Positions 1 through 10,274 of a stretch of 64,000 nucleotides of DNA are shown piece after piece. This DNA comes from Escherichia coli. GTDB lineage: Bacteria > Pseudomonadota > Gammaproteobacteria > Enterobacterales > Enterobacteriaceae. The stretch is taken from NCBI RefSeq assembly GCF_030013595.1, contig NZ_CP122768.1; one strand, 5' to 3'. Both the position numbers and the translations under genes were made by a program. The notes beneath the pieces are model-generated. The model ran no database searches. It worked only from the letters and a program-made list of their open reading frames with translations, and was not told where the DNA came from. Every line of letters starts with the position of its first letter. Position 1 is the first letter of the stretch.

Positions 1-1632
1 TACCAGTACGAACGCAGGACGAATATTCAGATGACGCTCCCCCTCTTTCTGAACGCGCATCAACTGGCGGGCTTTATCCAGCGATGCCACGTCCATTGCA
101 GCGCTCTCCAGTACGTTTGCATGTTTCGCTTTATCGAACAGACTTACATTATCTGTGGAGATTTTCGGGTTAGACGTCAGAATGGCATAAACCAGATCGG
201 CAATAGTGGATTTCGCCGCACGGCCCAGTTTCATCGGGACATCGGTCAGCATATTCAGATCATCATTGATAATGGCCTGACGGGTGATACTGAACAGCTC
301 GCCATAGGTCGCCAGTGCAATAGTGGCCTGTTTATCTCCGGTGGTGACGTATTTATATTCCGCCCCTTCACGCACCTGACGCAGAGCACTGAAGCCCCCC
401 ATACCCACACGATGGGCAATTTTAAAATCAGACAACTGACCTTTCCGCGTCCACTGTTCATAGGTTTCAGGGGCATCTTCCCAGCCCTGCAGAATGGCTT
501 TGTTCGCAACATCCAGCAGAATATTACCGAAGTCAGACGTACTGTGTGTGAACGCCGCACCGACCATCTGCATCGGGTTATAACTGGAAACCCCAATACC
601 CCGTTCAGTCAGTGACATACGGGCATATTCACGCAGGGTCATCCCGTTGTAGACATTATCACGTTCGGTTTTTTCAAATCCGGCACGCGCCATCAGCGCC
701 TGGCGGATCCCGTCCCCCACAAAATTACCGTTTCCGGCATAAATATGAGCCGGGGTATTTTTATTGGATGGCGTGGACTCGCGCCCCATCTCGTTCAACA
801 GCTTTTCGCGGGCCTGTTCCAGCGAACATTCAGGATCGGCAAGACACTGAGCCTGCAGCGTCTGATAACGCCCGCCAAACATGGCAAACAGATCATTAAT
901 ACCGTTTACACGCGCTTTTTGCTCTGCCAGTACCTGCGCACGGATACTGTTTTCATCCACCACGGGTGCTGCTGCCTGCACTGGCGTCCGGGAGGCTGCA
1001 GGTTCATCATCCTGTACGCGTGGAGCACTGTTGCGTGGCGGAGTAATCATGTTTCGAATGGATTCCGGCATCTTTTTAAATTCCTCTGTACGTTTTGACT
1101 GAATACATGCCATTGCCTTAACGGCTGGCGTCACCTGATCAGCAAATCCCTGTGCCAGACATTCGGCACCGGACATCCAGGTCTCATCCGCCAGCATGGC
1201 AGCAATTTCATCGGTGGTTTTCCCGGTTTTCTGTGCATAAGCGGGTAACAGAACCGCCTCAACCTTATCGAGCAGGTCGGCATAGGTGCGCATGTCCTCC
1301 GCATCACCGCCCGTAAAGCCAAATGGTTTATGAATCATCATGAAGGTGTTTTCCGGCATAATGACCGGGTTTCCCACCATCGCAATGACCGACGCCATTG
1401 ACGCCGCCACACCGTCGACATAAACGGTAATGGACGCACCATGTGTTTTCAGCGCATTAAAAATGGCGATGCCTTCAAAGACATCGCCACCCGGTGAATT
1501 AATATGGAGATTAATGTGGGTGATATCGCCCAGTGCATTCAGATCACTGATAAACTGCTTCGCTGTAACACCCCAGAAACCAATCTCGTCATAAATATAA
1601 ATATCCGCGTCACTCTGGTGACCAGCCTGCAT
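1..1632 (-). CDS. Prohead protease (ClpP/S49-like) with C-terminal HK97-like capsid-type domain; 3' end beyond window
   Basis: Manual translation of the minus strand from ATG at 1632: MQAGHQSDADIYIYDEIGFWGVTA...INSPGGDVFEGIAIFNALK (ClpP/S49 SPGG motif). Frame stays open to position 1 (...NIRPAFVLV). Not in the ORF track because no stop lies in the window. Confidence 0.8.
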   Translation of the reverse strand, partial: MQAGHQSDADIYIYDEIGFWGVTAKQFISDLNALGDITHINLHINSPGGDVFEGIAIFNALKTHGASITVYVDGVAASMASVIAMVGNPVIMPENTFMMIHKPFGFTGGDAEDMRTYADLLDKVEAVLLPAYAQKTGKTTDEIAAMLADETWMSGAECLAQGFADQVTPAVKAMACIQSKRTEEFKKMPESIRNMITPPRNSAPRVQDDEPAASRTPVQAAAPVVDENSIRAQVLAEQKARVNGINDLFAMFGGRYQTLQAQCLADPECSLEQAREKLLNEMGRESTPSNKNTPAHIYAGNGNFVGDGIRQALMARAGFEKTERDNVYNGMTLREYARMSLTERGIGVSSYNPMQMVGAAFTHSTSDFGNILLDVANKAILQGWEDAPETYEQWTRKGQLSDFKIAHRVGMGGFSALRQVREGAEYKYVTTGDKQATIALATYGELFSITRQAIINDDLNMLTDVPMKLGRAAKSTIADLVYAILTSNPKISTDNVSLFDKAKHANVLESAAMDVASLDKARQLMRVQKEGERHLNIRPAFVLV

Positions 1633-1645
1633 CCTGAACCAGGAA

Positions 1646-3226
1646 TTAATCTTCGGACTGGTCGTCGGTGTGCTGCGGCTCCTGTCGTTTCGTTGCGGCA
1701 CTACTGCCTCCTTTATCACTGGCCGGATCGGTATCAAATACCAGATCCAGCTTGCGGTTTTCATCAATTTCGGCCTTGCGCCGACGTTTGACATCATCCG
1801 GATTACGACCACCAGCACGTACCCAGTCTGATTCTGTCGCCGCTCCACCACGAATCTGGATTTTCCAGGCCTCAGCCTCCTTAACAGGGTCAATCCACGG
1901 CATCACTGGTCCGGAATACACCGCGGTATACAGTGAAGAACGGTCAAGATCGCGGGGTAGCCTGATAACACCGGATGCCACAGCCTGTTTCAGCCATGCA
2001 CGATACATCGGGCGGGTGACGGCACCAATAAACCAGTCCTGCAGGATCAGGTAGCCATCAGTGGATTCAACCAGCTCCTGACGCTGGGCGCTGTAAGTGC
2101 CGTTATAGTTGCGCGCTGTACTGGAAAAACTCAGACGACTGCCCGCCGCCACGGCACGCAACTGACCATTACGAAAAGTTTCAAGGTTAGGATTGGGGCG
2201 ATCCGACTTCACCATTCCGATTTCTTCGCCGGGTTTCAGATCATCGTAAATAATGCCTGGCTGAATGGTAAGCTCGCGTTCCTTATCCTTGCTGCCATTA
2301 CCATCCGGTTCATAGCTCTGCCCGTCGCCTTTGCGGATGTACATCCCCAGAGCAGCGGCGATCCTTGCTGCAGTCAGCTCATAATCTTCATAATCTTTCA
2401 GGGCACTGAGGCGGATCAGCACACCGGACAACAAAGACGTCCCGCGCATCTGGTGCAGACGGCGAACAAATTTAAGATGCAGCATTCGCTCTGCATCCAC
2501 TTCTTTGGTTTCCATCTGCCGTCCGGATACGGGACGGCTTTTATACACCAGATATTTTTCGGGACGCCCCCAGTCATCAACAAACACGCCCTGATTCAGC
2601 CTGTTGCTCTCATCACTGGTCATGGGAATAAAGTCCGGCTCGAGCGCCTCCAGCCAGAAATGAACACCGGCAGAAGGCGTCAGGCTGTTTATGCGCCCGG
2701 AAACCATCTGGGCAAACACCTCACCATCGCGCAGCCAGGTACGCAGCATCAGACGTTCCAGCATCGGACGGGTAAACTGCCCGGTGACTTCCGGGCTGAC
2801 AGACCATTCACTCCATCGGGTGCGAATCTCCGCTGCCAGATCACGGGCAATGGCCCCATTGCGTAATACCGGATGTGGCTCGACAATAATCCCGTTTTTC
2901 CCCACCACCCGTTCTTCCAGCTTGTCAAATACACCAATAACCAGATCGTGGTTGTTATCAAGGTAACGGGCCTGCTCACGTAACGACACGGCCCCGTACT
3001 GGCTTAGCTGGTCGGCAGTTCGGTTCTCCCGTCGGGCTTTGTGTGTCCGCGTCGTTTTTACGGCTTCATAAGCCTGGATCACCGCACGGGAACGCAGCCT
3101 TGCCGCTTTCCATCCAGGTGAAAAAACGCCAATCACATCATCAAGAATTGCCATCAGAACCTCGCCAGCCGGTACCCGGGATGCCCCCGTCGTCGTGTAA
3201 TCAGAGCCGCAAGGCGGCGCTCCCAC
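1646..3226 (-). CDS. Phage portal protein (lambda gpB-like)
   Basis: 526-aa ORF between terminase and protease genes; size and position as lambda B. Confidence 0.8.
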   Translation of the reverse strand: MGAPPCGSDYTTTGASRVPAGEVLMAILDDVIGVFSPGWKAARLRSRAVIQAYEAVKTTRTHKARRENRTADQLSQYGAVSLREQARYLDNNHDLVIGVFDKLEERVVGKNGIIVEPHPVLRNGAIARDLAAEIRTRWSEWSVSPEVTGQFTRPMLERLMLRTWLRDGEVFAQMVSGRINSLTPSAGVHFWLEALEPDFIPMTSDESNRLNQGVFVDDWGRPEKYLVYKSRPVSGRQMETKEVDAERMLHLKFVRRLHQMRGTSLLSGVLIRLSALKDYEDYELTAARIAAALGMYIRKGDGQSYEPDGNGSKDKERELTIQPGIIYDDLKPGEEIGMVKSDRPNPNLETFRNGQLRAVAAGSRLSFSSTARNYNGTYSAQRQELVESTDGYLILQDWFIGAVTRPMYRAWLKQAVASGVIRLPRDLDRSSLYTAVYSGPVMPWIDPVKEAEAWKIQIRGGAATESDWVRAGGRNPDDVKRRRKAEIDENRKLDLVFDTDPASDKGGSSAATKRQEPQHTDDQSED

Positions 3227-3366
3227 TCCTGCCGTCCCTGCCGGATCTCAGATAAGTTTTCCATGGTCATCTGCTGACCATTAAAGGTGACGGATTTTCC
3301 GTCCAGCACCGCCATTTCAGCTTCCGTATAACGCTGAATCATGGCTTCGATATCATTCTGGTTCAT
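3154..3366 (-). CDS. Head-tail joining protein (lambda gpW-like)
   Basis: About 70 aa ending ...RRRGHPGYRLARF, resembling the gpW C-terminus; start overlaps the terminase stop (ATGA). Confidence 0.6.
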   Translation of the reverse strand: MNQNDIEAMIQRYTEAEMAVLDGKSVTFNGQQMTMENLSEIRQGRQEWERRLAALITRRRGHPGYRLARF

Positions 3367-5465
3367 AACCATCCTCCGGAAGTCAGCCAGGGGTTAACAT
3401 CGTCAGTTACTGTTTTCTTCCGTTTTTGTTTTTTAACAGGCGTGGATACCGGTTCCGGTGAGGATGACGGTTCGGTACTGTCCTGGACACACTCCAGCCA
3501 GGTTTCCCGGCTCGCCCACTCCGGTGCATCCGGCCAGCGGATCTTTTCGTATCCATGCAGAATGACCAGAGCCTCGGCATACACCATCAGGTCAAAAGCT
3601 TCGTTGGCACCGCGACCAGGCTTACTCCATTTCCCGTCACTGCTCCGCTCTTCATACGTCAGTTCGTCGTAAAACCAGCTCCCCAGCCAGTCAGGGAAAT
3701 GCACATAGCCGGGACCTGGCGAGTCACGCCATAACGCGTTATTCACCCGGTCTTTCAGTGCATCCGTCTGAAGAAGCCAGAGCGGCACATCACCTGCGGC
3801 CTGCGCCCGTCGGCCCGTTCGTCCGGTGTTATCAGGGAATGTACGAGTGATCAGTTTTGCGCGCCGGATGCTGTCGCCCTTAAACAGGTAAATACGTTTA
3901 CCAAGGCCATCACGACGGCAACGACGCCAGAATTTATAGGCATTATCAGTGACCCCGTCTTCACCGCCGGAGTCCACCGCCATTGCCATCAGTCGCATTT
4001 GTTGAGAAGGATCGGAGGCCAGCGGCCAGCTTTTATGAAAAACATCCGTCAGCAGGACATCCCAGTCTTCCGGATAGCTGGCCGGATCAATTCGCTGGCT
4101 CTCCCCGTCGCTGTCACCGCGCAATGACTGCGTGATGTTGTAACGATCAATAATCCAGCGTTCGCCACGGCTGCCATAGCCCGTTACCTGAACCACAAAA
4201 CGGCGATGACGTCCCGCCTGCACATCCACTGTCGCCACAAGGAAATTAACGCCATCCGGCACACTGCGGGAAGGAACTGGCTCTGCCCGCTGCTCAAGCA
4301 GTTCACTTTTTCGTTGCTCCATGCTGGCGCGGGGAAGATAAGGTAATCCCCAGTCGGTATTGATAACCGTCTTGAGTGTTTCTTCACTTCCGGTTGTCTC
4401 GTATTCCTGTTCTGCAGTAAGCAGTTTGTAAACGAGTTGCGAGAGTGTCTGGTAAGCAGCTGCCGGACCCTCCATCCAGAATGACGCAATACGTGAGCGT
4501 CGGGGATCACCATAACGACTGCCATCCGCATTGATGGATTCACCATCCCGCAACCAGACCCCACGTCCGTTCAGCTCACGTTTTTGTTCAGGCATAATCC
4601 GTCCTGAACAGGAAGGGCACTGAATATAAGCCGCCTCACTTGCCAGCACGGGATCGGCAATATCACGGAAACCAGCAACCACATCGCCGCAGGGCTGAAA
4701 ATACTCACCACAGTGTGGACAGGGCCAGTACCAGCGACGGCGATCACCACGGTTATAGAGCGACAGGATCCCCGTGGTTGGTGGAGCCTCATGCGGTGAA
4801 GTCCGTCGCCATTTCACATCCTTCACATCCCTGCCGGGGGAACTCTCCACCAGCGTCATACCGCTGGACATAAATGTGGTGGTACGTTTTGAGGCAAGAG
4901 AGAAAGCATCCCCCTCGCCATCAATATCTTCCGGAAAACGGTCATAATCCGTCAGCGCGACGCATTTATAATCTGATGAGGACATGATATTGACTGACGG
5001 CCAGCCGATTTTCAGGTAGTTACCAGCAAGGAATGTTCTGTCATAAACGTTGTTGTCATTTTTGTTCGGACTCAGGCGACTGACCACTTCCGGGCTGACG
5101 CGAAACGTTCTGGCAAGTCGTTTTTTGGAGTGTTCGCGGGCTTTTTCCTCCGTCATCTGAATGATCAGCATATCAGCAGGATCGCAAATCACGTTGTAAA
5201 TCACCCAGCCGTCAATCAGGCCGATAGTCTTGCCAGTTCGTGCCGGGCCAACAAATATCACTGCGTCGTATTCACGCGAGGCCAGGCAGTTCATCGGCTC
5301 AATAACATACGGTGCCACCAGCGGATCCCACGGGACTGAGTTCCCTGCCCCCATGGGCACCCGCATATACTGAGCAACGGCATCAGCAACCCGCATTCGT
5401 CTCGGTGCGCGAAGGATATAACCTGAATCGGTTCGTGCTGCCTTTGCGGTTTCCTGATTCAGCAT
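3363..5465 (-). CDS. Terminase large subunit (GpA-like)
   Basis: 700-aa ORF with ATPase P-loop VGPARTGKT, directly downstream of the small subunit. Confidence 0.9.
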   Translation of the reverse strand: MLNQETAKAARTDSGYILRAPRRMRVADAVAQYMRVPMGAGNSVPWDPLVAPYVIEPMNCLASREYDAVIFVGPARTGKTIGLIDGWVIYNVICDPADMLIIQMTEEKAREHSKKRLARTFRVSPEVVSRLSPNKNDNNVYDRTFLAGNYLKIGWPSVNIMSSSDYKCVALTDYDRFPEDIDGEGDAFSLASKRTTTFMSSGMTLVESSPGRDVKDVKWRRTSPHEAPPTTGILSLYNRGDRRRWYWPCPHCGEYFQPCGDVVAGFRDIADPVLASEAAYIQCPSCSGRIMPEQKRELNGRGVWLRDGESINADGSRYGDPRRSRIASFWMEGPAAAYQTLSQLVYKLLTAEQEYETTGSEETLKTVINTDWGLPYLPRASMEQRKSELLEQRAEPVPSRSVPDGVNFLVATVDVQAGRHRRFVVQVTGYGSRGERWIIDRYNITQSLRGDSDGESQRIDPASYPEDWDVLLTDVFHKSWPLASDPSQQMRLMAMAVDSGGEDGVTDNAYKFWRRCRRDGLGKRIYLFKGDSIRRAKLITRTFPDNTGRTGRRAQAAGDVPLWLLQTDALKDRVNNALWRDSPGPGYVHFPDWLGSWFYDELTYEERSSDGKWSKPGRGANEAFDLMVYAEALVILHGYEKIRWPDAPEWASRETWLECVQDSTEPSSSPEPVSTPVKKQKRKKTVTDDVNPWLTSGGWL

Positions 5466-5995
5466 TACTCCTCCTGCTGTAATTCCTCCTCATCATCCGC
5501 ACCTGCTTCAGTCACCCGCAGGGCTATCTGATCGCGCAGATCATCAATAATGGACTGAACACGGCTCACAGCGGCAGGCTGCAGACCGCAGTCACGTTCA
5601 AGAATATCCGGTAATGTCTCCAGCACCTGCACGACCGCTTTTACCCAGATGGCAAACTCCCGTCTGACATCACTGGCCGGAATGAGTTGTGCCGTTTCCT
5701 GTTCGAACTTAAGACGCTCACGTTCAGACTGATACCAGGCTTTGCGCTCATGCGCGTCCATTTCGCCTTCTGCAACCGGCGGAGGTAATGCCAGAAATGC
5801 CGACACAATATCAACCACCCGATAAAGCTTGAGGTTGCTTTCATGCCCCCCTGCAACGGGTAGATTTTGCAGCCTTGCCGCAGCAGTCTGGCGATGTACA
5901 CCTGACAGTGCCGCCAGTTGACTGATATTCAGCGTCAGATTTTTTAACTCTCGATCCATACCCGCTCCAGAATGTTTTAAACATGCATCTTGCAA
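5465..5995 (-). CDS. Terminase small subunit (Nu1-like, N-terminal HTH)
   Basis: 176-aa ORF; LNISQLAALSGVHRQTAAARL HTH and acidic C-terminus; true start may be the internal Met (MDRELKN). Confidence 0.65.
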   Translation of the reverse strand: MQDACLKHSGAGMDRELKNLTLNISQLAALSGVHRQTAAARLQNLPVAGGHESNLKLYRVVDIVSAFLALPPPVAEGEMDAHERKAWYQSERERLKFEQETAQLIPASDVRREFAIWVKAVVQVLETLPDILERDCGLQPAAVSRVQSIIDDLRDQIALRVTEAGADDEEELQQEE

Positions 5996-6373
5996 ACAAC
6001 TTTAGGCAAACGGTGTCAGTGATGAACAAAAAACAATCAAGATCGACACCATGAAAATAAAACAGCTGTAATATCAATTAATTATAGTGGTGGTGATGAC
6101 GGATAAAATTTCAAAAACTAGCCTTTTTCCGCGACGCTCCCGCCCCGTGGCAAGGCCACCCCACCGGGAGGACCCATGAAAAATGAGAGAAATTATCATT
6201 TATGCTCAATTAAACATCAGCATTATCGCAGCCCCTCACTGAAGGACTGCTGTAATGCTGATTGTTCAACATCAAAAAACCCAATCTGTTGCAAGTTATA
6301 AAAGCAACAAACGACATTGCGCGTTAAGATTTTCTTAATATTTAAGAAATATATTTTTTAATCTCATTTATTT

Positions 6374-6967
6374 TTGCAAAAGACTTTTCATATGCAGCGT
6401 CGAGAAATAAAGAAAATTACTTATTTAATCACTTTGATTTTAACTACTCTTTTGTTTGTTTATTTTTTAAGAACACCCACCACAATCAATATGAAACAGG
6501 CGCATAAAATAAATCAACAACACCAGACAATTTTCCTTATCCGTCACGGTGAACGATGTGACAGAAGCAAAAATGCATGTCTCTCAAGCAATAAAGGAAT
6601 TACCGTCAATGGTGCCATTAAAGCTCATGATTATGGAAAAATATTTAGCAATACTTTCCCGTCATTCAGCCTTTACTCCACGGATACCATACGGACAATG
6701 CAGACAGCCTGTTTTTTCTCTGGAGGAAAAGCAGCCTCCCGGATACCGTTGGCTGCAACATGCGGACTTGATGCTGCAAAGGACATACTCAAATTGTCAT
6801 CCGATAATAAAACTACCGTTATATTCACCCATAATCATTGCCTGACACAAATAGCAAAAAAAATGAAATGGTGGAAGTTAAAGCCAGAATATCTTGAAAC
6901 ACTGGTTCTTCATATCGAAAACAATCGTCTCATTCTTGACGGAAAACTGACTCACGATAAAGCGTAA
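6374..6967 (+). CDS. Secreted histidine phosphatase, Ais/PmrG-like (moron at the lambda bor position)
   Basis: Hydrophobic N-terminus, then LIRHGERCDRSKNACLSSNKGITVNG ... VIFTHNHCLTQIAK, matching the RHGE catalytic motif and overall pattern of Ais. AT-rich, opposite strand to flanking late genes. Start ambiguous (6374, 6392 or 6491). Confidence 0.7.
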   Translation: MQKTFHMQRREIKKITYLITLILTTLLFVYFLRTPTTINMKQAHKINQQHQTIFLIRHGERCDRSKNACLSSNKGITVNGAIKAHDYGKIFSNTFPSFSLYSTDTIRTMQTACFFSGGKAASRIPLAATCGLDAAKDILKLSSDNKTTVIFTHNHCLTQIAKKMKWWKLKPEYLETLVLHIENNRLILDGKLTHDKA

Positions 6968-7038
6968 CAATCATTCAAAGAGTCAACATATTTTCTGCAT
7001 TAACCCCGAACAGTTCCTCTGCCGGGGTTTTGTATTAG

Positions 7039-7422
7039 TTATCGCCTCAACTGAAAATGCGGTCCGTCTTTCAGGCTGGTCCACTCCCCGCCCCATTCGA
7101 TGGCAGTTCCCAGCTCTGCGGCAGCCTGCTTAAATGCCTGCGCGATTTTCTCGTACAGAGGCCAGTCCCATGACACCTGGCTGCCAACCCAGGCCACAAC
7201 ATCCACCGCATCACCGGTCAGGTGGCGGCTGTTCATGGTCTGGCTCTTGCCTTCTGCAACCAGCTGTTTCTGGCGTTCTTTCGTGCGCAGGCCTTCCGTA
7301 ATACCGAAATCAACCTCCGTCAGCTCCAGCGCACGGCGAACGACAGCAACCAGCTGTGGTTTAACGCCCTCCAGATTTTTCTCGCTCCGACGACTGAATC
7401 TGAATTTACCCGACATATTCAC
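7039..7422 (-). CDS. Endolysin, peptidase M15 family (L-alanyl-D-glutamate peptidase type)
   Basis: 127 aa with SRHLTGDAVD ... DGPHFQL metal-binding signature; last gene of the lysis cassette. Confidence 0.8.
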   Translation of the reverse strand: MNMSGKFRFSRRSEKNLEGVKPQLVAVVRRALELTEVDFGITEGLRTKERQKQLVAEGKSQTMNSRHLTGDAVDVVAWVGSQVSWDWPLYEKIAQAFKQAAAELGTAIEWGGEWTSLKDGPHFQLRR

Positions 7423-7694
7423 CTCAACAATGGAAAGATTTTTGTGACGTTCCCGCGTGCGCGTATCACCAGCACGCAGAACAGCAGATTAAAAAACACT
7501 TCCAGCCAGCCCGTTGCTAACGGGCGACCACACAGATAGCTGAGGGGCGCAAAGGCATACAGCAGCATCAGCAGCCAGGCCAGCCATGACATCAGCGGTT
7601 TGTGCGTGGCATCTTTTCGGCGATAAAAAAAGAACGTCAGCACGATAACCGTGCATAACGCCACATTCAGCAATCCGGGAAGGTTACTTAACAT
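7419..7694 (-). CDS. Small membrane protein of lysis cassette (putative holin/antiholin partner)
   Basis: 91 aa, two or three hydrophobic helices; overlaps both neighbours. Confidence 0.5.
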   Translation of the reverse strand: MLSNLPGLLNVALCTVIVLTFFFYRRKDATHKPLMSWLAWLLMLLYAFAPLSYLCGRPLATGWLEVFFNLLFCVLVIRARGNVTKIFPLLR

Positions 7695-8076
7695 TGCCGC
7701 CTCCTCCGCCCCTCAGGCGGGAGAACAGGCCGGACACCAGTGATGCGATATCCTGCTGGTGGATGAATGACAGAATCTTCACTGACACCACCGATACCAG
7801 CACCGCACACAGCGCATCTGCCGATGTACCGTCATACCCTGTTTTTGATGTAATCCAGGCTGACAGTACACGTGCTCCCAGCACGCCGACGATAAACGAC
7901 ACCAGAAAATGCGCCGCCACACGCCAGGCGGAAATCTTCTGCGGCACAGTTGCCACAAACAAAGCCCCCGCGAACGCACCAAACACAATCCCGAAATCCG
8001 TTCCGGTGAACAGCCCGAATACCGTCGCCCCTCCGAGCGCAGCCGCCGTGCCGGAACCGGATAAGGGTTCAGACAT
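7684..8076 (-). CDS. Putative holin
   Basis: 130 aa, Gly/Ala-rich TM helices and charged C-terminus; first gene of the lysis cassette. Confidence 0.6.
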   Translation of the reverse strand: MSEPLSGSGTAAALGGATVFGLFTGTDFGIVFGAFAGALFVATVPQKISAWRVAAHFLVSFIVGVLGARVLSAWITSKTGYDGTSADALCAVLVSVVSVKILSFIHQQDIASLVSGLFSRLRGGGGGNVK

Positions 8077-8534
8077 ACTTTTTTCTCCTGTAAATAAAAA
8101 AGGGCCACCAGCGGCCCGTAAAAAAACAACACCCCGTCAAAGGCACCCGCAGATACCTTTTGTGTGGTGTATTCAGATTTGACATACGCTGAGCAGGGCG
8201 AAGAAATGAAAAAGGCCCGCAGTAGCGAGCCATGAAGAAACTGAATAAAAAAAACCGCCTGGTACGGCGGTTAAGATGAATTTCCAGGTTTTGCTTAATA
8301 CGTGATTAATCTCAACGTTTTTTATAGATGTTAACAACATCGGAATGATGCATCACCGGCCCTGTCAGGAAATACAAAATCTCCACCGATAATGCACCAT
8401 TACGCTGTTGTAAAAAGACAGCACTGGACTGTAACCGATATCACGTATTACAGAACAGGATGTGGATAAAGATTCAGGAAAACATCCCACATATAATATG
8501 TCAGTGCCCAAAACAACTTGGTATCGTCTACTGC

Positions 8535-8609
<75 letters not shown>

Positions 8610-9026
8610 ATACTATGCGGTCTTCAGTAATCACACGAATTACCGTGAAAGCCAGCACTGGTCTTTCCGACGGTAGTAACACCCCTGTGAACACCAAAAT
8701 AACCGTCTTCCAGACCGACGAGAATACTAACGACATTTTTTCAGATATCAAAAATATATTTTGTTTTTAGTTTTTAATATATGTATGCATCTGTATCAGA
8801 AATATACAATTTATATCATTACTAAATTAAAAACATTTCTCTGACGTCTGATTAAAACGTTCCTGTTCCAGTTCCGCGCCAATCACACATGGTCATTGCG
8901 TTTTACCAGTCCATCGCCACTATCAGGCTGACCAGGGGACGCCCCACCCGAACTGCTGAGAATGCCAGGCACACAAAGAATAATGCCCGCCAAAGCGTTC
9001 CTGCATACAATGACTGCAAAATTCAG

Positions 9027-9878
9027 TTATTCTTGAGCGGAGCCAGAACTCATCTCACTGAATGCAGCCATCCTGTAACCTTCCGGGGTGACCCCAAAAT
9101 AACGCCTGAATACACTGATAAAATAAGATGTATTATTATAGCCACACTGCACAGCGATTCTGTTGATGGCACAGCTATATTGATGCAACAGCATTGCTGC
9201 CATTCTCATTCTCTCCGTAAGCAACAACTCACTGAAACATGTGCCTTCTTCTTTCAGTCTTTTTTTTAACAAACTTTCACTCATACATAACCGTGATGAC
9301 ACATCTCGCAGAGTCCAGTTTGCTGCAATGTCTGTATGAAACAACGCACCAAGCCTGCCGCTGATAGTACTGATACACGCGGTCATAAACGACGAAAACA
9401 TTTTATCTGATGAAAAAAACGCCAGACACGAAAAGGAAAGCATTTCCGCTAAATTGTCCGTATGAATCTTTTCCTCATAAAGATAATCAATCAGGATGCC
9501 CATCAATTCTGGCCTGGGAAAACTCATGCAAAGATATCGTGGCATTTTCCGGACTAAAACAACATCCTGTTTTACCCCACTACGCAACAGGTAACGGCTA
9601 ATTGTCGATTCACTGAGACTTATACGCCGAAAACATTCAGAAAAGGGCAATAACGGTCCAGCCCCTCCCCTGACAAGAAGTGCACTACCACTTTCCAGAG
9701 AGAGTACTTTTCCTTCGAAGAGCACAACAAACGGGGAATGAACAAAAATAACAGAACAGGCCTCATTCATATCAATATCCCTGACATTACTGGTCGCAAG
9801 ATAAGTATATATCACTTTACAAAAATGCAAGCCGTGAGCCCCGAATTCACGACCACCAGCGTGTTTACTGTACTGCAC
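9027..9878 (-). CDS. AraC-family transcriptional regulator (AppY/Rns-like), moron
   Basis: C-terminal AraC HTH (LRDVSSRLCMSESLLKKRLKEEG ... VQCGYNNTSYFISVFRRYFGVTP); AT-rich; start uncertain (internal Met MNEACSVIFV possible). Confidence 0.8.
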   Translation of the reverse strand: MQYSKHAGGREFGAHGLHFCKVIYTYLATSNVRDIDMNEACSVIFVHSPFVVLFEGKVLSLESGSALLVRGGAGPLLPFSECFRRISLSESTISRYLLRSGVKQDVVLVRKMPRYLCMSFPRPELMGILIDYLYEEKIHTDNLAEMLSFSCLAFFSSDKMFSSFMTACISTISGRLGALFHTDIAANWTLRDVSSRLCMSESLLKKRLKEEGTCFSELLLTERMRMAAMLLHQYSCAINRIAVQCGYNNTSYFISVFRRYFGVTPEGYRMAAFSEMSSGSAQE

Positions 9879-10274
9879 CAGGTTTACAGGTACAAAAAAC
9901 CGCTCGACGGCGGGTTTAAGCTGTGTGGCGAAGTAACCACTCTTAACAGATTAAGATAAAATTTGCGGACCGCGGTAATTTTTTTTGCTAAATTAAAGCC
10001 ATATAAAAAAAGATCCATAAGAAATTATTAGTATACTAAGGTTTAACATGGCTACTATTGCGCAATCAAAGAAACAAAAAAACTTAAAATTGGTTTTTAC
10101 ACCAGCAGTTCTGGGACTATCCGCAGCCATTCAGTTGCTAAGCAAGCAATTGAAAATCTGTATAATACTTGCGTAACCGTTACGAATAATCATTTTGATA
10201 CCATCTATAGAAATAAAAAGTTAAAAATAGCTTTTATAAATAAAGATACAAAAGCTAAATATTTCTTCGGCTAC

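Noticed and set aside
31-1102. Several plus-strand ORFs (31..615, 612..899, 745..1098, 881..1102)
   Set aside because: They lie antisense to a continuous minus-strand frame encoding a recognisable ClpP/S49 protease-capsid protein; compositions are Arg/His/Cys-rich and non-protein-like.
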